IMG/VR virus record: IMGVR_UViG_3300040811_001901
Span: 1 to 53,249 of that record
Strand: one strand, 5' to 3'
DNA from: a virus
Lineage: Duplodnaviria > Caudoviricetes
DNA: 53,249 nt
How positions within the stretch are numbered: position 1 is the stretch's first letter; each line of letters starts with the position of its first letter. The position numbers and the translations under genes were made by a program. Shown in pieces: positions 29,210-38,731 of this stretch. Below the pieces are notes generated by a model. That model worked only from the letters and a program-made list of their open reading frames with translations, searched no databases and was not told where the DNA came from.

Positions 29210-29655
29210 TAGGGTTCGTAAACCTTTCTAAAATTTCCTGTTAAAGTATGAATATCGTTTTGTCCGTAGTTAATGTCATAGTTTTCGCAAACTACTTTTA
29301 CCGTTTCCTCTGAAATTACTGCGTCAAAATTTAGTCCAGCTTTTACATCTAAGAAAGCACTAAGAACTTCGATCTCTTCCCAAGGACGATTTTTAAAGGC
29401 AAAGTTAAAAGTAGTTTCTTGGGTATTTATTCCGTCTCTTACTCTTTGCTCATACCCATCTCCAAATTTTGCAACTAAAAGTCGATGTTTTACTCTTTTT
29501 GTAAAGCCTCTATCAAATGCAAAAACTTTTGAAGCAGCAGAATTTGGAAAAACTTCGTTTAAAAGTGCTGTTGCTGTTCCTGCACTTGGAAATCTTGCCG
29601 CTATTTCAGTAGATACTTCAGTTTTTAATACATCTATTTTAAATATTCTTGCCAT
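29209..29655 (-). CDS. distal tail protein (lambda M-like)
   Basis: AKFGDGYEQRVRDGIN...FRKVYEP. Confidence 0.85.
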   Translation of the reverse strand: MARIFKIDVLKTEVSTEIAARFPSAGTATALLNEVFPNSAASKVFAFDRGFTKRVKHRLLVAKFGDGYEQRVRDGINTQETTFNFAFKNRPWEEIEVLSAFLDVKAGLNFDAVISEETVKVVCENYDINYGQNDIHTLTGNFRKVYEP

Positions 29656-32600
29656 TATGCTACTCCGTATGGATTAAGAATTCCACCCGAACGCTTTTGA
29701 TTGAGAAGCTCTTGTTGTACTGCACCTGCAATTACTTTTCCTAAATCCATCCCTTGTTGATCCCCCGAAGCATCTTGATTAGTATTTCCGCTAGAGTCTA
29801 CTGTCACATTTACAGTAACGTTATTATTTTGTTGGCCTGCTCCATTCATTGCAACAGGTATAGCTTTTCCATCAGGAAGAGGTACAATTGCTTCATTATG
29901 TCTGCCCTCTCCAACCATTCCAAGCGTTGGTTTATTTACAACTCCTCCTTTTGCAAATGCTCGGAAGCCGCCTGGGGCATAACCTCCTTTCGCGAAGAAG
30001 AATCCGGCAACCATACCAAGAATATCAGCGAAGCCACCACCGCCGCCACCACCGCCGAAAAGACCCATTATGCCATTAACAATATCTCCAAACATTTGAT
30101 CAAAGCCACTTAAAGCTCCTCCAAACACATCGCCAAGACCTTTTAAGAAAGGAGCTTCTCCGCTAAATAAACGACCTAAAGAATCTACAAAGTTTCCAAA
30201 GATTCCTCCACTCACACCCCTCTCTGCCGTCATCCCCTCTCCAGAAGCGGTCGTTTTGCCCGCCCCAGATTTAAAGAAATAGTCAAAGATACTTCCACTT
30301 TTTACTTTCTCAAAAATGTTTGAAAAGAATCCTCCAATCTTTTCAAAAATTGTTTGCTCAACTCCTGCAGCGCCTCCTCCTGCAGGATCTGTAGTGTCTC
30401 CTCCTGGCAGTCCAGAATCTGTAGGGGGTTTAACTATATCTCCCAACCCTTCTGGGAGTGAGGATTCTGGGCATAGTTTCATACACCCCATTTCTCCCGT
30501 TCCGGGAATAGGAGCACCTCCAGGTCCTGGAACAGAAGTTGTTGCGCCTGAAGCACCTCTTTTCATTGCATTTTCAATATCAGTAGCAACTGTTTTGCCC
30601 GCAGACTCCATATTTGTTTGAATTTGCTGACCTCCGGCTTTTGCTGCTTTAGTCATAGCTTCTTGCATTTCTTCCGCAGGGCTCTTAATTCCTAAGAGTT
30701 TTTTCATTATTTTTGCAGTCATAATTGCTGCAAGTTGATCTGCAATAGACTCTAAAATTCCTTTTGCAATGTTTAGAATCGCATCTTTTAAGCTACTTTC
30801 TTCACCTTTAATAAGAGCTGCAATATTTCTCTGAAGCCCGCTCTCTAATGCTTGGGCGGCTGCATCCCCTATTTGAGCAAGCTCGTCTTTTTGTCTTTTT
30901 AGAGCTTCGGTTTGCTCGTTTAAAACCATTAATTCAGCTTTTGAAATTTCTAAGGTGCGAAGCCTTGCTGCTTGGTTTTCGCTAAGTATTTGCGCTTTTT
31001 CACGGTCTTTTTCGTTAGTACTTGCCCCCAGCTTAGCAATGTCAGCTACTGCATTCTTGGACACAATATTTGCTTGAAAAATTTTCTGTTCAAGAGCATA
31101 CTTTTTGTTTGCATTTTTTAGTAAGTCTGCTTCTATTTTAAGTTCTCTCTTAAGTAGAGAGGTTTTACCTCTAGAAGCCTTTAACTCTCCTGCAGTTATT
31201 AGTAAAGACTGCATAGCAACTTCATGTTCAGTATTAGCCAAGCTTTGTACTAACGCTAATCGTTGTTGTAAGAAAGCTATTCTCTTTTTTTCGGAGTCTA
31301 TAGCGTCCGGATCTCCTTGAGTAGCTAGATTCGCTTTTGTTAATCTTAGTTCCTCATTCATATTAATAAGAAGCTGATCATACTCAGATAACGGAAATAC
31401 TCTTTGTTCCGCCCTATTTATTGCTTGAGAGTTTTCATTCTGTAATCGAGTTAAATGAGTTATTGCAGCAGATAAAGCCATTACTTCGGTTCTCTGCTCC
31501 AATAATTGATCAATATCTACGTCTTGCTTATTATTTAGCTTATCGAGAGTTTCTAAGTAAGCAACTACTGTTTTATTTGCTTGGAATCTTGCATTATCTA
31601 TTCCTACCAAAGCTTTTCTATCTTCTAGCAATACTCCGATACTTGTTTCTACAACATTTAAATTATTTTTATTTGCGTCTAAATAATCTCCTAATGTTTG
31701 TGTAGATCTTTCTCGTATTTGATTTAGTTCTTTTTCAATTACAGCTACTTCCCTTACAACTCTTCCCGAATCAGGGTCTACTGCAACTCCTTCTCTTCTA
31801 GCCTTTCTAGAAGCTGCGGCTGTGCCCGACCCGCTAGTTACTTTTCTGGATCTGTTTAACTCATCTTCTAGTTTCTTTAATTTATTAAGGTCGCGTTCAG
31901 TACTTGCTGCCATCTCTTTTATATACTGATTAACTAATCCATCCCCGGAACCTGCTCCTAAATCTTTTGCTAATTTAAAATTAGATACATTTGCAAGTCT
32001 TTTCCCGAACGCTTCTATTGCTTTATTTCCATTTTCAAACTCAGAGTTCATTATATTTTGCACTTTTATAAACTCTTCTGTTTCGGATTTTAAATCTTCA
32101 AGTTTACTTTTCATATAATCATACTTAGGTGCAGCTTTTTCCGCTTCGTCCCCTGATCGGAAAAAAGAAACTGCAAGAGCTCCTAAACTAATAATTAAGC
32201 TAACCCAAGATAATGCGCCAAGAGCAAGAGAAATTCCTGCAGCAGCTCTGCTTGCAAATGTAACCATACCGGCAAATACTCTCTTTGAAGTAACTCCAAT
32301 GGCGGAGATAGAAGCTCTTACTTTTACTGACATTACAGCAAAAGCTCCCTCTATCTTTTTAGTGGTAAGTTTATTTGCTCGCTCCATTTCATTTAGAGTT
32401 CTATATACTTCTCCTCTAATTTGCTTATTTGCAATTTTGTACCCTCTAACTTGATTTTGAAGATTTAAACGAACTTGAGCAATTTGAGCATCACTTAACT
32501 GCTTACCATCTTTTAGTTTTTGCAATAAACTTCTTTTATGTGCTTGAACATCCTTTAAGCGAGTTTTTGCATTTTCTGCTACTTCTTTTTTTAGAGTTGC

Positions 32601-33644
32601 TTGTAAAAATGCTGAATTTTTTACAACTTCATCTTTTCCTAAGCTTTCTTGTAATGACTTTTTTGCTTTTGCTGAGCTTTTTTCTGCCCTATCTGCTAAG
32701 TCAGATAGACCTTCCCCAAGCTTACTCAAACTCGGAAGAGCCGCAGTCAATATTTGTGCGCCAAAAGGGGCAAATGCTAAAAATATTAATTCAGGAAATT
32801 TTTGTAAAGTTGTTGCAATTGGAGTTAAAAACTTTACTGCAAAGTCTCGTAATTTATTTACAATTTCTTCAAATGCTGTAGAAAGTTTAGCAAACTCATT
32901 TGCGCCCCCTCCTGTAGCTTCAAGCAATTTTCCATACTTTTCTTCTGCTTCTCCAAGAACTTTATTTGCTACAGCTTGGCTTCTCTGAAAAGAATTTAAC
33001 TCTCCGGTAATTCCAAGTGCATCTTTATACTCTTGAGTTGCTTCTTCTAGTCGAAGAATAATACCTAATTCGTCAAGAAGTTCGGGCTCCGCTTTTGTAA
33101 TACCACGAACAAGACGATTAAATGAGTCTGTAAGATCTCTGCCAAGAACAGTCGATGCGTCTTTTGCAGCTTTTGAAATCTGAGTAATTTGAGTAGGATC
33201 AAGGCCTGCTGCGGTTCCGATTGCTGCCGCCTGCGCAGCGTCTCGGAAGCCTAACTGAGCATCTGTTGCGGCCTGAATATCCTTTGTTAAAGAACGAAGA
33301 GAAGTACCTGTGGCTGCAGCGTATGCAGTTTGTCCTTCCTGAAGAAGTTTTAAACTACCAGCATCTTTCAAAAAGTTAAATGCGGCACTTACGGCAAAAA
33401 CCTGAGCAGCAAGAGTAGCATACGCCGGTACAATGCCACCGGAGATACCCTGTGCCATTTTAGAAAAGTTTTTGGTAGAGTTTGCAGAAGCCTGAGCAGC
33501 TCCTTTAAGATTTCGATCAGCAGTTCTAGCAGACTTTCCAGCTTTGTCCAGCCCCGCAGCAGCTTGTTCAGCTTTTTGACCAATAATTTTAAGGTTACCT
33601 TTTTCAGTAACCTTAATAGTTAAATTGATTTCATTTTTTGCCAT
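29655..33644 (-). CDS. tape measure protein
   Basis: 1329 aa, helical and Ala/Lys-rich; ELLDELGI; hydrophobic stretches; C-terminal FAKGG...VGEG..EAIVPL. Confidence 0.9.
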   Translation of the reverse strand: MAKNEINLTIKVTEKGNLKIIGQKAEQAAAGLDKAGKSARTADRNLKGAAQASANSTKNFSKMAQGISGGIVPAYATLAAQVFAVSAAFNFLKDAGSLKLLQEGQTAYAAATGTSLRSLTKDIQAATDAQLGFRDAAQAAAIGTAAGLDPTQITQISKAAKDASTVLGRDLTDSFNRLVRGITKAEPELLDELGIILRLEEATQEYKDALGITGELNSFQRSQAVANKVLGEAEEKYGKLLEATGGGANEFAKLSTAFEEIVNKLRDFAVKFLTPIATTLQKFPELIFLAFAPFGAQILTAALPSLSKLGEGLSDLADRAEKSSAKAKKSLQESLGKDEVVKNSAFLQATLKKEVAENAKTRLKDVQAHKRSLLQKLKDGKQLSDAQIAQVRLNLQNQVRGYKIANKQIRGEVYRTLNEMERANKLTTKKIEGAFAVMSVKVRASISAIGVTSKRVFAGMVTFASRAAAGISLALGALSWVSLIISLGALAVSFFRSGDEAEKAAPKYDYMKSKLEDLKSETEEFIKVQNIMNSEFENGNKAIEAFGKRLANVSNFKLAKDLGAGSGDGLVNQYIKEMAASTERDLNKLKKLEDELNRSRKVTSGSGTAAASRKARREGVAVDPDSGRVVREVAVIEKELNQIRERSTQTLGDYLDANKNNLNVVETSIGVLLEDRKALVGIDNARFQANKTVVAYLETLDKLNNKQDVDIDQLLEQRTEVMALSAAITHLTRLQNENSQAINRAEQRVFPLSEYDQLLINMNEELRLTKANLATQGDPDAIDSEKKRIAFLQQRLALVQSLANTEHEVAMQSLLITAGELKASRGKTSLLKRELKIEADLLKNANKKYALEQKIFQANIVSKNAVADIAKLGASTNEKDREKAQILSENQAARLRTLEISKAELMVLNEQTEALKRQKDELAQIGDAAAQALESGLQRNIAALIKGEESSLKDAILNIAKGILESIADQLAAIMTAKIMKKLLGIKSPAEEMQEAMTKAAKAGGQQIQTNMESAGKTVATDIENAMKRGASGATTSVPGPGGAPIPGTGEMGCMKLCPESSLPEGLGDIVKPPTDSGLPGGDTTDPAGGGAAGVEQTIFEKIGGFFSNIFEKVKSGSIFDYFFKSGAGKTTASGEGMTAERGVSGGIFGNFVDSLGRLFSGEAPFLKGLGDVFGGALSGFDQMFGDIVNGIMGLFGGGGGGGGFADILGMVAGFFFAKGGYAPGGFRAFAKGGVVNKPTLGMVGEGRHNEAIVPLPDGKAIPVAMNGAGQQNNNVTVNVTVDSSGNTNQDASGDQQGMDLGKVIAGAVQQELLNQKRSGGILNPYGVA

Positions 33645-34488
33645 TAGCCACGAACATTATGGGTATATGTCTTTCCACCCCCTGCAGCCTTAGTTTTACG
33701 CTGCTCTGCTTTTCTTCTATTTTCTGCTTCTTCTGCTTTATGGTTTACTACTATACCTTCATAAAGCTTTGCAAAGAAAAGTATGGTTTTTACATCTTCT
33801 AAATCGTATATTTTAAATATATGCTCTAAACTTGACCATTCCTTTCCTAGATACGTTCCTGACATTCCATCCCACCGATCTGGCAGAAGTCCAAACACAA
33901 AAAATGCCACTTGAACCTCTTCCGGAAAAGCAGAAGAATCGAGTGGCATTTTTTCTGGATCAGGTTCTTGACCTAATTGTTCACAAATAAGTAAATACTT
34001 ATCTACATCTATTTGTGACGAAGATTCTTTTACTAGCCGTTCAAGTAGCCTTTGTATTTCGGCTACTTGCTGCTGGTAAAATTTTCAAGATCACCTACTG
34101 TTTCAGTTACCCAAGTATCGAAATCTCCTGCATTCTTCATTAGAAGCTCTGCATTCTCTTGAGTGTAGGCAAGCTCGTCATCTGGGTCCTGTTCAGAAAT
34201 ATCTACCAAAAGAAGCTCTTCTAGGTATCGAAATTTCAGTCCCTTCCACCCTTTGATAACTGCTTTGCAATATTCGGTTAAAAACTTTTCTTCATCAAGC
34301 TCTTCTTCAGGCTGTCGAGTTTTCTTGCTAAACTTTGTAGTTACGCACTTTTTGCGTAGCTTTAGTAGTTCTTCTCGTGCCAAGTAGCATAGGTCTACAG
34401 ACATATCAGCGCAGCCAGGGAAGTCGATTGTTACAGTTTTGCTCGGAGTCATAAGACTCGCAAGAGAAACAGGTTTTTTATCCGTCAT
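33644..34488 (-). CDS. tail assembly chaperone G (34063-34488) and -1 frameshift fusion GT (about 281 aa)
   Basis: Located between tail tube and TMP; -1 frame is open from the slippery site into the 33949 ORF. Confidence 0.8.
34042..34084 (-). other. programmed -1 frameshift signal
   Basis: A_AAT_TTT (34084-34078), 8-nt spacer, 9-bp stem CAAGTAGCC/GGCTACTTG. Confidence 0.8.
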
Positions 34489-34531
34489 ACATTTGTCCTT
34501 AAAAGAAAGTTGTTATTGATTTATACCACAT

Positions 34532-34560
34532 ATTATAACGAAAGGCAGCAAAAATGTCAA
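34532..34560 (-). promoter_or_regulatory. consensus sigma70 promoter for chaperone/TMP/tip genes
   Basis: TTGACA-17-TATAAT. Confidence 0.85.
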
Positions 34561-34584
34561 GAAATATTTTTACCACCTGGAAAG

Positions 34585-34608
34585 AAAAAACCCGCCGAAG
34601 CGGGTTTT
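34585..34608 (-). terminator. intrinsic terminator after the tail tube gene
   Basis: CCCGC-TTCG-GCGGG-T6. Confidence 0.88.
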
Positions 34609-34624
34609 GGTAGACTAAGTTAGA

Positions 34625-36217
34625 TTAGGGGTAGCTAGTTACTGCTCCACTATCCTCATTACCATAGTAGGTAAGTACGATTTCGTCCGCATTGTCGAAG
34701 TCATTCGTATAAGCACCAAATCCAGTCTCAAGAGAAATAACATCTTCTACTGAGTGTACTGGTACATCAATGTGTACTTTCGGCATACTTACATAAAGAC
34801 GTGGATTCCCATCTACTGCTCCACCAATTTGGAAAGTTACTTGGAAATCGTTTACAACTTTATCCAAACCTTCGCCAGAAGTAGTCATGTTGTTAAACAA
34901 TTCTACAGAAGAGCCTTTGTGAGTGCCATTCGCAGGATCTGCGGTAGTGTCAAGCGTCAAGTAGCAGTTAAAGTTACCTGTTACAGTTCGACCACCCGTT
35001 ACACCTTCGATTGGAATGTTTACATTACCAAGTTCTTCCGGTACCAGATAAGTAATGTTATTAGATACTGTTACGTTACCTCCGGTAAGAGTTAGGCTAT
35101 AGTCGCCTGAAGGGAAGGCAGTAGTATCAGTAGTACTTACGATACACTGAGTCAAACGATTTCGAATAAATGCTGAAGTTTGATCAACACCCGCATCGAT
35201 TGCAAAATTAGCTGTAGTAGCCCCGGTAGCAATACCCATCTTCAAGTCAGCACTGCTATCAAGGAAAATATCCCCTGCAGTAGCGCCTGTAATAGTTGTA
35301 CCAGATTGTACAGTTACCACGCCTGCGGACTGCTTATCTACAATATTCTTTGCAAAACCTGACCAGTTAATTGTAGCAATACCATCAACATCGAAGTCAA
35401 TAGAAGCTTCGTTAATTTGAGCATTTTCCAGCTTGTATACCATTGGGTTGGTAGTGCTAGTTTCCATTACAAAATAAAGGTTACAGGTTGCAAGTACCGC
35501 ACGGTTTGACTGACCAAAGTTAATAGTTTGTCCCGCATCGGTAGGCATAGCTACGGCACTGCCAAAGTCTGAGTTTGAATCCGCCTGAGAATTACGATAA
35601 AAACCAGTTGTTGCATCATCATCAATTGCATCAATGTCAATTGTAACAGACCCAGTACCATCACCAATCAAAGAGGCTGGAACAATAAAAGTTTGGGCAG
35701 CAGTATATCCTGTACCACCACTTACTATTTGTACATCGCTTGCATTGCCTGCAGCATTAACAATAATTTGGAAAGTACCTGCAGTACCTCCATGAGTACC
35801 TGTTACAAGTGAGTTATCACTATCAATAATGTAGGTGCCGGGGGTTCGATCGCCTGCACTATCCGCAGAGCTGAAATCAAGAGTAGCCAAAGCACCTTGA
35901 GAGCCAATAGTTCCATACTTATCAGCACCGGCCATTACAGCCCATAGAACTTCTTCTACAGCGTGATGCTCAGTACTCGTGTAGAACGGACGTACATATG
36001 TGCTAAAAGACCACTCAGCCGGAGCCAGAGAGTCTGTAAACAGTCGTCGACCACGACGGCTGATACCGTCTGCACCCTGCATTTCTGCGAGAGTAATATC
36101 AGACGTATTAGTAGACTGTGAGAAACTGAACCCGTCAAGAACTGGAACTTCCCACAACTTACTATCAAACTCTACATAGAGTTTTGAGTCTCTACTAAAG
36201 AATAATTGTTGTGCCAT
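34625..36217 (-). CDS. major tail tube protein (T5 pb6-like)
   Basis: FFSRDSK, VLDGFSFSQ, EWSFSTYVRP, IATINWSG, TGGNVTVSNNITYLVPEELG. Confidence 0.85.
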   Translation of the reverse strand: MAQQLFFSRDSKLYVEFDSKLWEVPVLDGFSFSQSTNTSDITLAEMQGADGISRRGRRLFTDSLAPAEWSFSTYVRPFYTSTEHHAVEEVLWAVMAGADKYGTIGSQGALATLDFSSADSAGDRTPGTYIIDSDNSLVTGTHGGTAGTFQIIVNAAGNASDVQIVSGGTGYTAAQTFIVPASLIGDGTGSVTIDIDAIDDDATTGFYRNSQADSNSDFGSAVAMPTDAGQTINFGQSNRAVLATCNLYFVMETSTTNPMVYKLENAQINEASIDFDVDGIATINWSGFAKNIVDKQSAGVVTVQSGTTITGATAGDIFLDSSADLKMGIATGATTANFAIDAGVDQTSAFIRNRLTQCIVSTTDTTAFPSGDYSLTLTGGNVTVSNNITYLVPEELGNVNIPIEGVTGGRTVTGNFNCYLTLDTTADPANGTHKGSSVELFNNMTTSGEGLDKVVNDFQVTFQIGGAVDGNPRLYVSMPKVHIDVPVHSVEDVISLETGFGAYTNDFDNADEIVLTYYGNEDSGAVTSYP

Positions 36218-36281
36218 AGTTTATCTCCTATGAACTTTGAAAAGAGGCGAACGTGAATCCTTTGATTCGTGTCGCTCGTTT

Positions 36282-36743
36282 CTAGTATCGAACCTCTATA
36301 AGTATTTCTCCTACTCCTAAAGGATCTAATACACCTTCATCAGTATCTATGCTGATGATTGTGATTTGGTGGGTAAATTTTAAGTCCCCTCGTCTATCAT
36401 AGTATTCAAATCTACTATTATCTTCTAATACAGTTTCTACATCTTCCAGAAGCTCATCTAATGCTTCTACTGCATCTTCTTGATTCACATAACAACGAAC
36501 AGTTATATTCAAAAAACGGTCTTTATAACCTCCGCCTTGATACTCTCGTCGCTCTGAACCTGCATTGAGATGAATAGCGGGAAACTCTTCTACCTCATCC
36601 CAAAATTTCAGTCTTGGACTTACTTCTGCTACAGAAGTTTGAAAATAACCGGTACCATCTATAAGTTCTAGTTTATTTGCAAGTCCTTGCGTTATAGCGG
36701 CACGTCGGCTAGAAAATTCTCTGTTTTTTGTAACTACCGCCAC
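36282..36743 (-). CDS. tail terminator (T5 p142-like)
   Basis: KFWDEVEEFP, TDEGVL.P.GVGEI; position before the tube gene. Confidence 0.75.
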   Translation of the reverse strand: MAVVTKNREFSSRRAAITQGLANKLELIDGTGYFQTSVAEVSPRLKFWDEVEEFPAIHLNAGSERREYQGGGYKDRFLNITVRCYVNQEDAVEALDELLEDVETVLEDNSRFEYYDRRGDLKFTHQITIISIDTDEGVLDPLGVGEILIEVRY

Positions 36744-38086
36744 TAAACTCTCCTAGTATAGAATCTTCCTATTGCCATTTGTGTTGCTAATTCTCTTATT
36801 GACGCATCAATAACCCTTCGAGGGTCTCTTTCAGGCGTTGCCCAGGGGGCTCTACCACTTCCCATTTCAAAAACTTGATAAGGGCTTTTATCGTAAGTAT
36901 ATCCCACACTTGGAAACCCTTTGTTAGTAGTTAATACATCTACTACCCTAACACTACTAGCAAATCTTCCCGTTCTGCTCTCGAGGCCGGGCGCTCTCAT
37001 ATTCTTTTCTACTGTTTGCGGCAATTTTTGATTTAGCATTGCCATTATTGCAAACATACTTCCCATATTCTGTTGTGGGGCTTTTCTAGAGGCTATTCGC
37101 CTTTTCTTTATAGGGCTGCCCGTACTTTTATCCATTACATTTTTACTAGCTATTTTCTTTCTGCCAGGCGGCCCTTCTTTGATTTTTGTAGATTCGCTAG
37201 TAGTTTTTAAAGTTTTCTTGTCTTTAAAAGGGTCTATTAAAACTTTTAGCGTTTTTTTGCGCTGCCCTTCCGCTAAACTATCTGATCCTTGTATTTCTGC
37301 AATATTTAACTTTGCTACTGCTTCTTCTAATTTTTTCGCGAGGGCTTTTTCCTTTCCGCCACCCTGTATAGCGTTAAGAATCTGACTACCTAACACTACG
37401 TCAATTTTTCCGTCTTTTGAGTTTTTATAAATTTCTAAAATCATTCCCAGCCCTTGGGATTCTAACTCTTTTTTAATTTCTGGAGTAATTGTAGAATCTC
37501 CATATGCTTCCATCAAAGCTTCGTGTACTCCATTATTTAAGAATTCTTCAATGTTACTGCTTCCACCTTCATGCTCTAAGTTAAAAACTTGTCCTGCATT
37601 TTTTAAGTCCCGTGTTTCTCCTGGCTTACTGCTACTAGGACGAGTTAAGGGCTCCCCGAGCATTTTTATAAAATCATTATAAAATTTATCAAGAGGCTTT
37701 TTGTACATTTGATAAACTCTATCAAAGTTATTTTTAGAACCTCCGTCTACTTGTTCTACTACTGCTACTACTCCGCCCCTAATATTTTTTACAGTGATTC
37801 CTTTTGAGGGGTTGTGTCTTTTTCCAAAAGCTTTTCTAACATCCGTTGTTAAAGTAGTTATTAGTTTTGCTAACTTAGGCTCTATGTTTTTTAACGCCTG
37901 CCGCCCTTCTGCCGTGCCTCCCGAAGATCGATTTAATAAGTCACGAATTGTCTGCTTAACTTTCGAACCTCTATATGTAAATACATGGGTTCTTTTATTT
38001 GCTACAACTCTTCTATAATCGTCCGAACTTTTTTTAAGCTCAGAATCTAATTTAGTTAAAAACTGCGCTAGTTTAGGGCTACTCAT
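36743..38086 (-). CDS. tail completion/neck protein (T5 p143-like C-terminus)
   Basis: LESRTGRFASSV...YQVFE...RDPRRVIDASIRELA; synteny. Confidence 0.65.
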   Translation of the reverse strand: MSSPKLAQFLTKLDSELKKSSDDYRRVVANKRTHVFTYRGSKVKQTIRDLLNRSSGGTAEGRQALKNIEPKLAKLITTLTTDVRKAFGKRHNPSKGITVKNIRGGVVAVVEQVDGGSKNNFDRVYQMYKKPLDKFYNDFIKMLGEPLTRPSSSKPGETRDLKNAGQVFNLEHEGGSSNIEEFLNNGVHEALMEAYGDSTITPEIKKELESQGLGMILEIYKNSKDGKIDVVLGSQILNAIQGGGKEKALAKKLEEAVAKLNIAEIQGSDSLAEGQRKKTLKVLIDPFKDKKTLKTTSESTKIKEGPPGRKKIASKNVMDKSTGSPIKKRRIASRKAPQQNMGSMFAIMAMLNQKLPQTVEKNMRAPGLESRTGRFASSVRVVDVLTTNKGFPSVGYTYDKSPYQVFEMGSGRAPWATPERDPRRVIDASIRELATQMAIGRFYTRRV

Positions 38087-38676
38087 TAAAAGTTTTTATA
38101 CAAATCTAGCACTCTTTTAATATGGTCAGGAAAAGCTACATTATTTCTCTGACTAGTGCTTGCTTGGTTCTGTATACTGGCACCCGCAATAGTTCTTCGC
38201 TCTTTGTGCTCATCTTTTAAATAGTAAGTAACAAGATCTGTAACTGCTAAACGAAGATCAACAGGAATACTTGCGTATCCTGCAGTATAAGTTATACGAA
38301 CTGCTCCTGGGCCACGTCTCCAATTCTTATAACTACTTCCACCTGTTGTGCGAATAACACTATCTGTAACAGAATCAAGATAGTATTCATGCGCAGCAGT
38401 AGTTAAAATATTATAAGAATCTTCGTAAGTATCTCTTTCTTCTACAGATACAATCGTATTTACAGGACTTTCAGTTAGTTGAACAATATGAGTGTCCCAG
38501 TCAATATTAATTGTATCTATTTTATTTGTAGAGTAGTAATCTACAAAACTATTTCCACAATAAGTTTTTACTAATTGACTCACAGAAGGAATCAGATAAT
38601 TTAAGCGCAAATCATCCTTGGGCTTTTCAATGCCTTCAGACTCTTTGTATTCTTCTACTGTTATCAAATTTGCCAT
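38086..38676 (-). CDS. head completion / head-tail adaptor (T5 p144-like)
   Basis: ITYTAGY..IP.DL.LA...FPDHIKRVLDLYK; follows the capsid gene. Confidence 0.8.
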   Translation of the reverse strand: MANLITVEEYKESEGIEKPKDDLRLNYLIPSVSQLVKTYCGNSFVDYYSTNKIDTINIDWDTHIVQLTESPVNTIVSVEERDTYEDSYNILTTAAHEYYLDSVTDSVIRTTGGSSYKNWRRGPGAVRITYTAGYASIPVDLRLAVTDLVTYYLKDEHKERRTIAGASIQNQASTSQRNNVAFPDHIKRVLDLYKNF

Positions 38677-38691
38677 ATAGAGTCAATTAAT

Positions 38692-38722
38692 AAAAACTTG
38701 GGGAGGCGAACCTCCCCAGTTT
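38692..38722 (-). terminator. intrinsic terminator after the capsid gene
   Basis: GGGGAGG-TTCG-CCTCCCC followed by AAGTTTTT. Confidence 0.85.
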
Positions 38723-38731
38723 ATGCAGCAA

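Noticed and set aside
30360-30560. Pro/Gly-rich stretch with CMKLC in the tape measure protein as a separate domain
   Set aside because: Looks like a low-complexity linker; no supportable family
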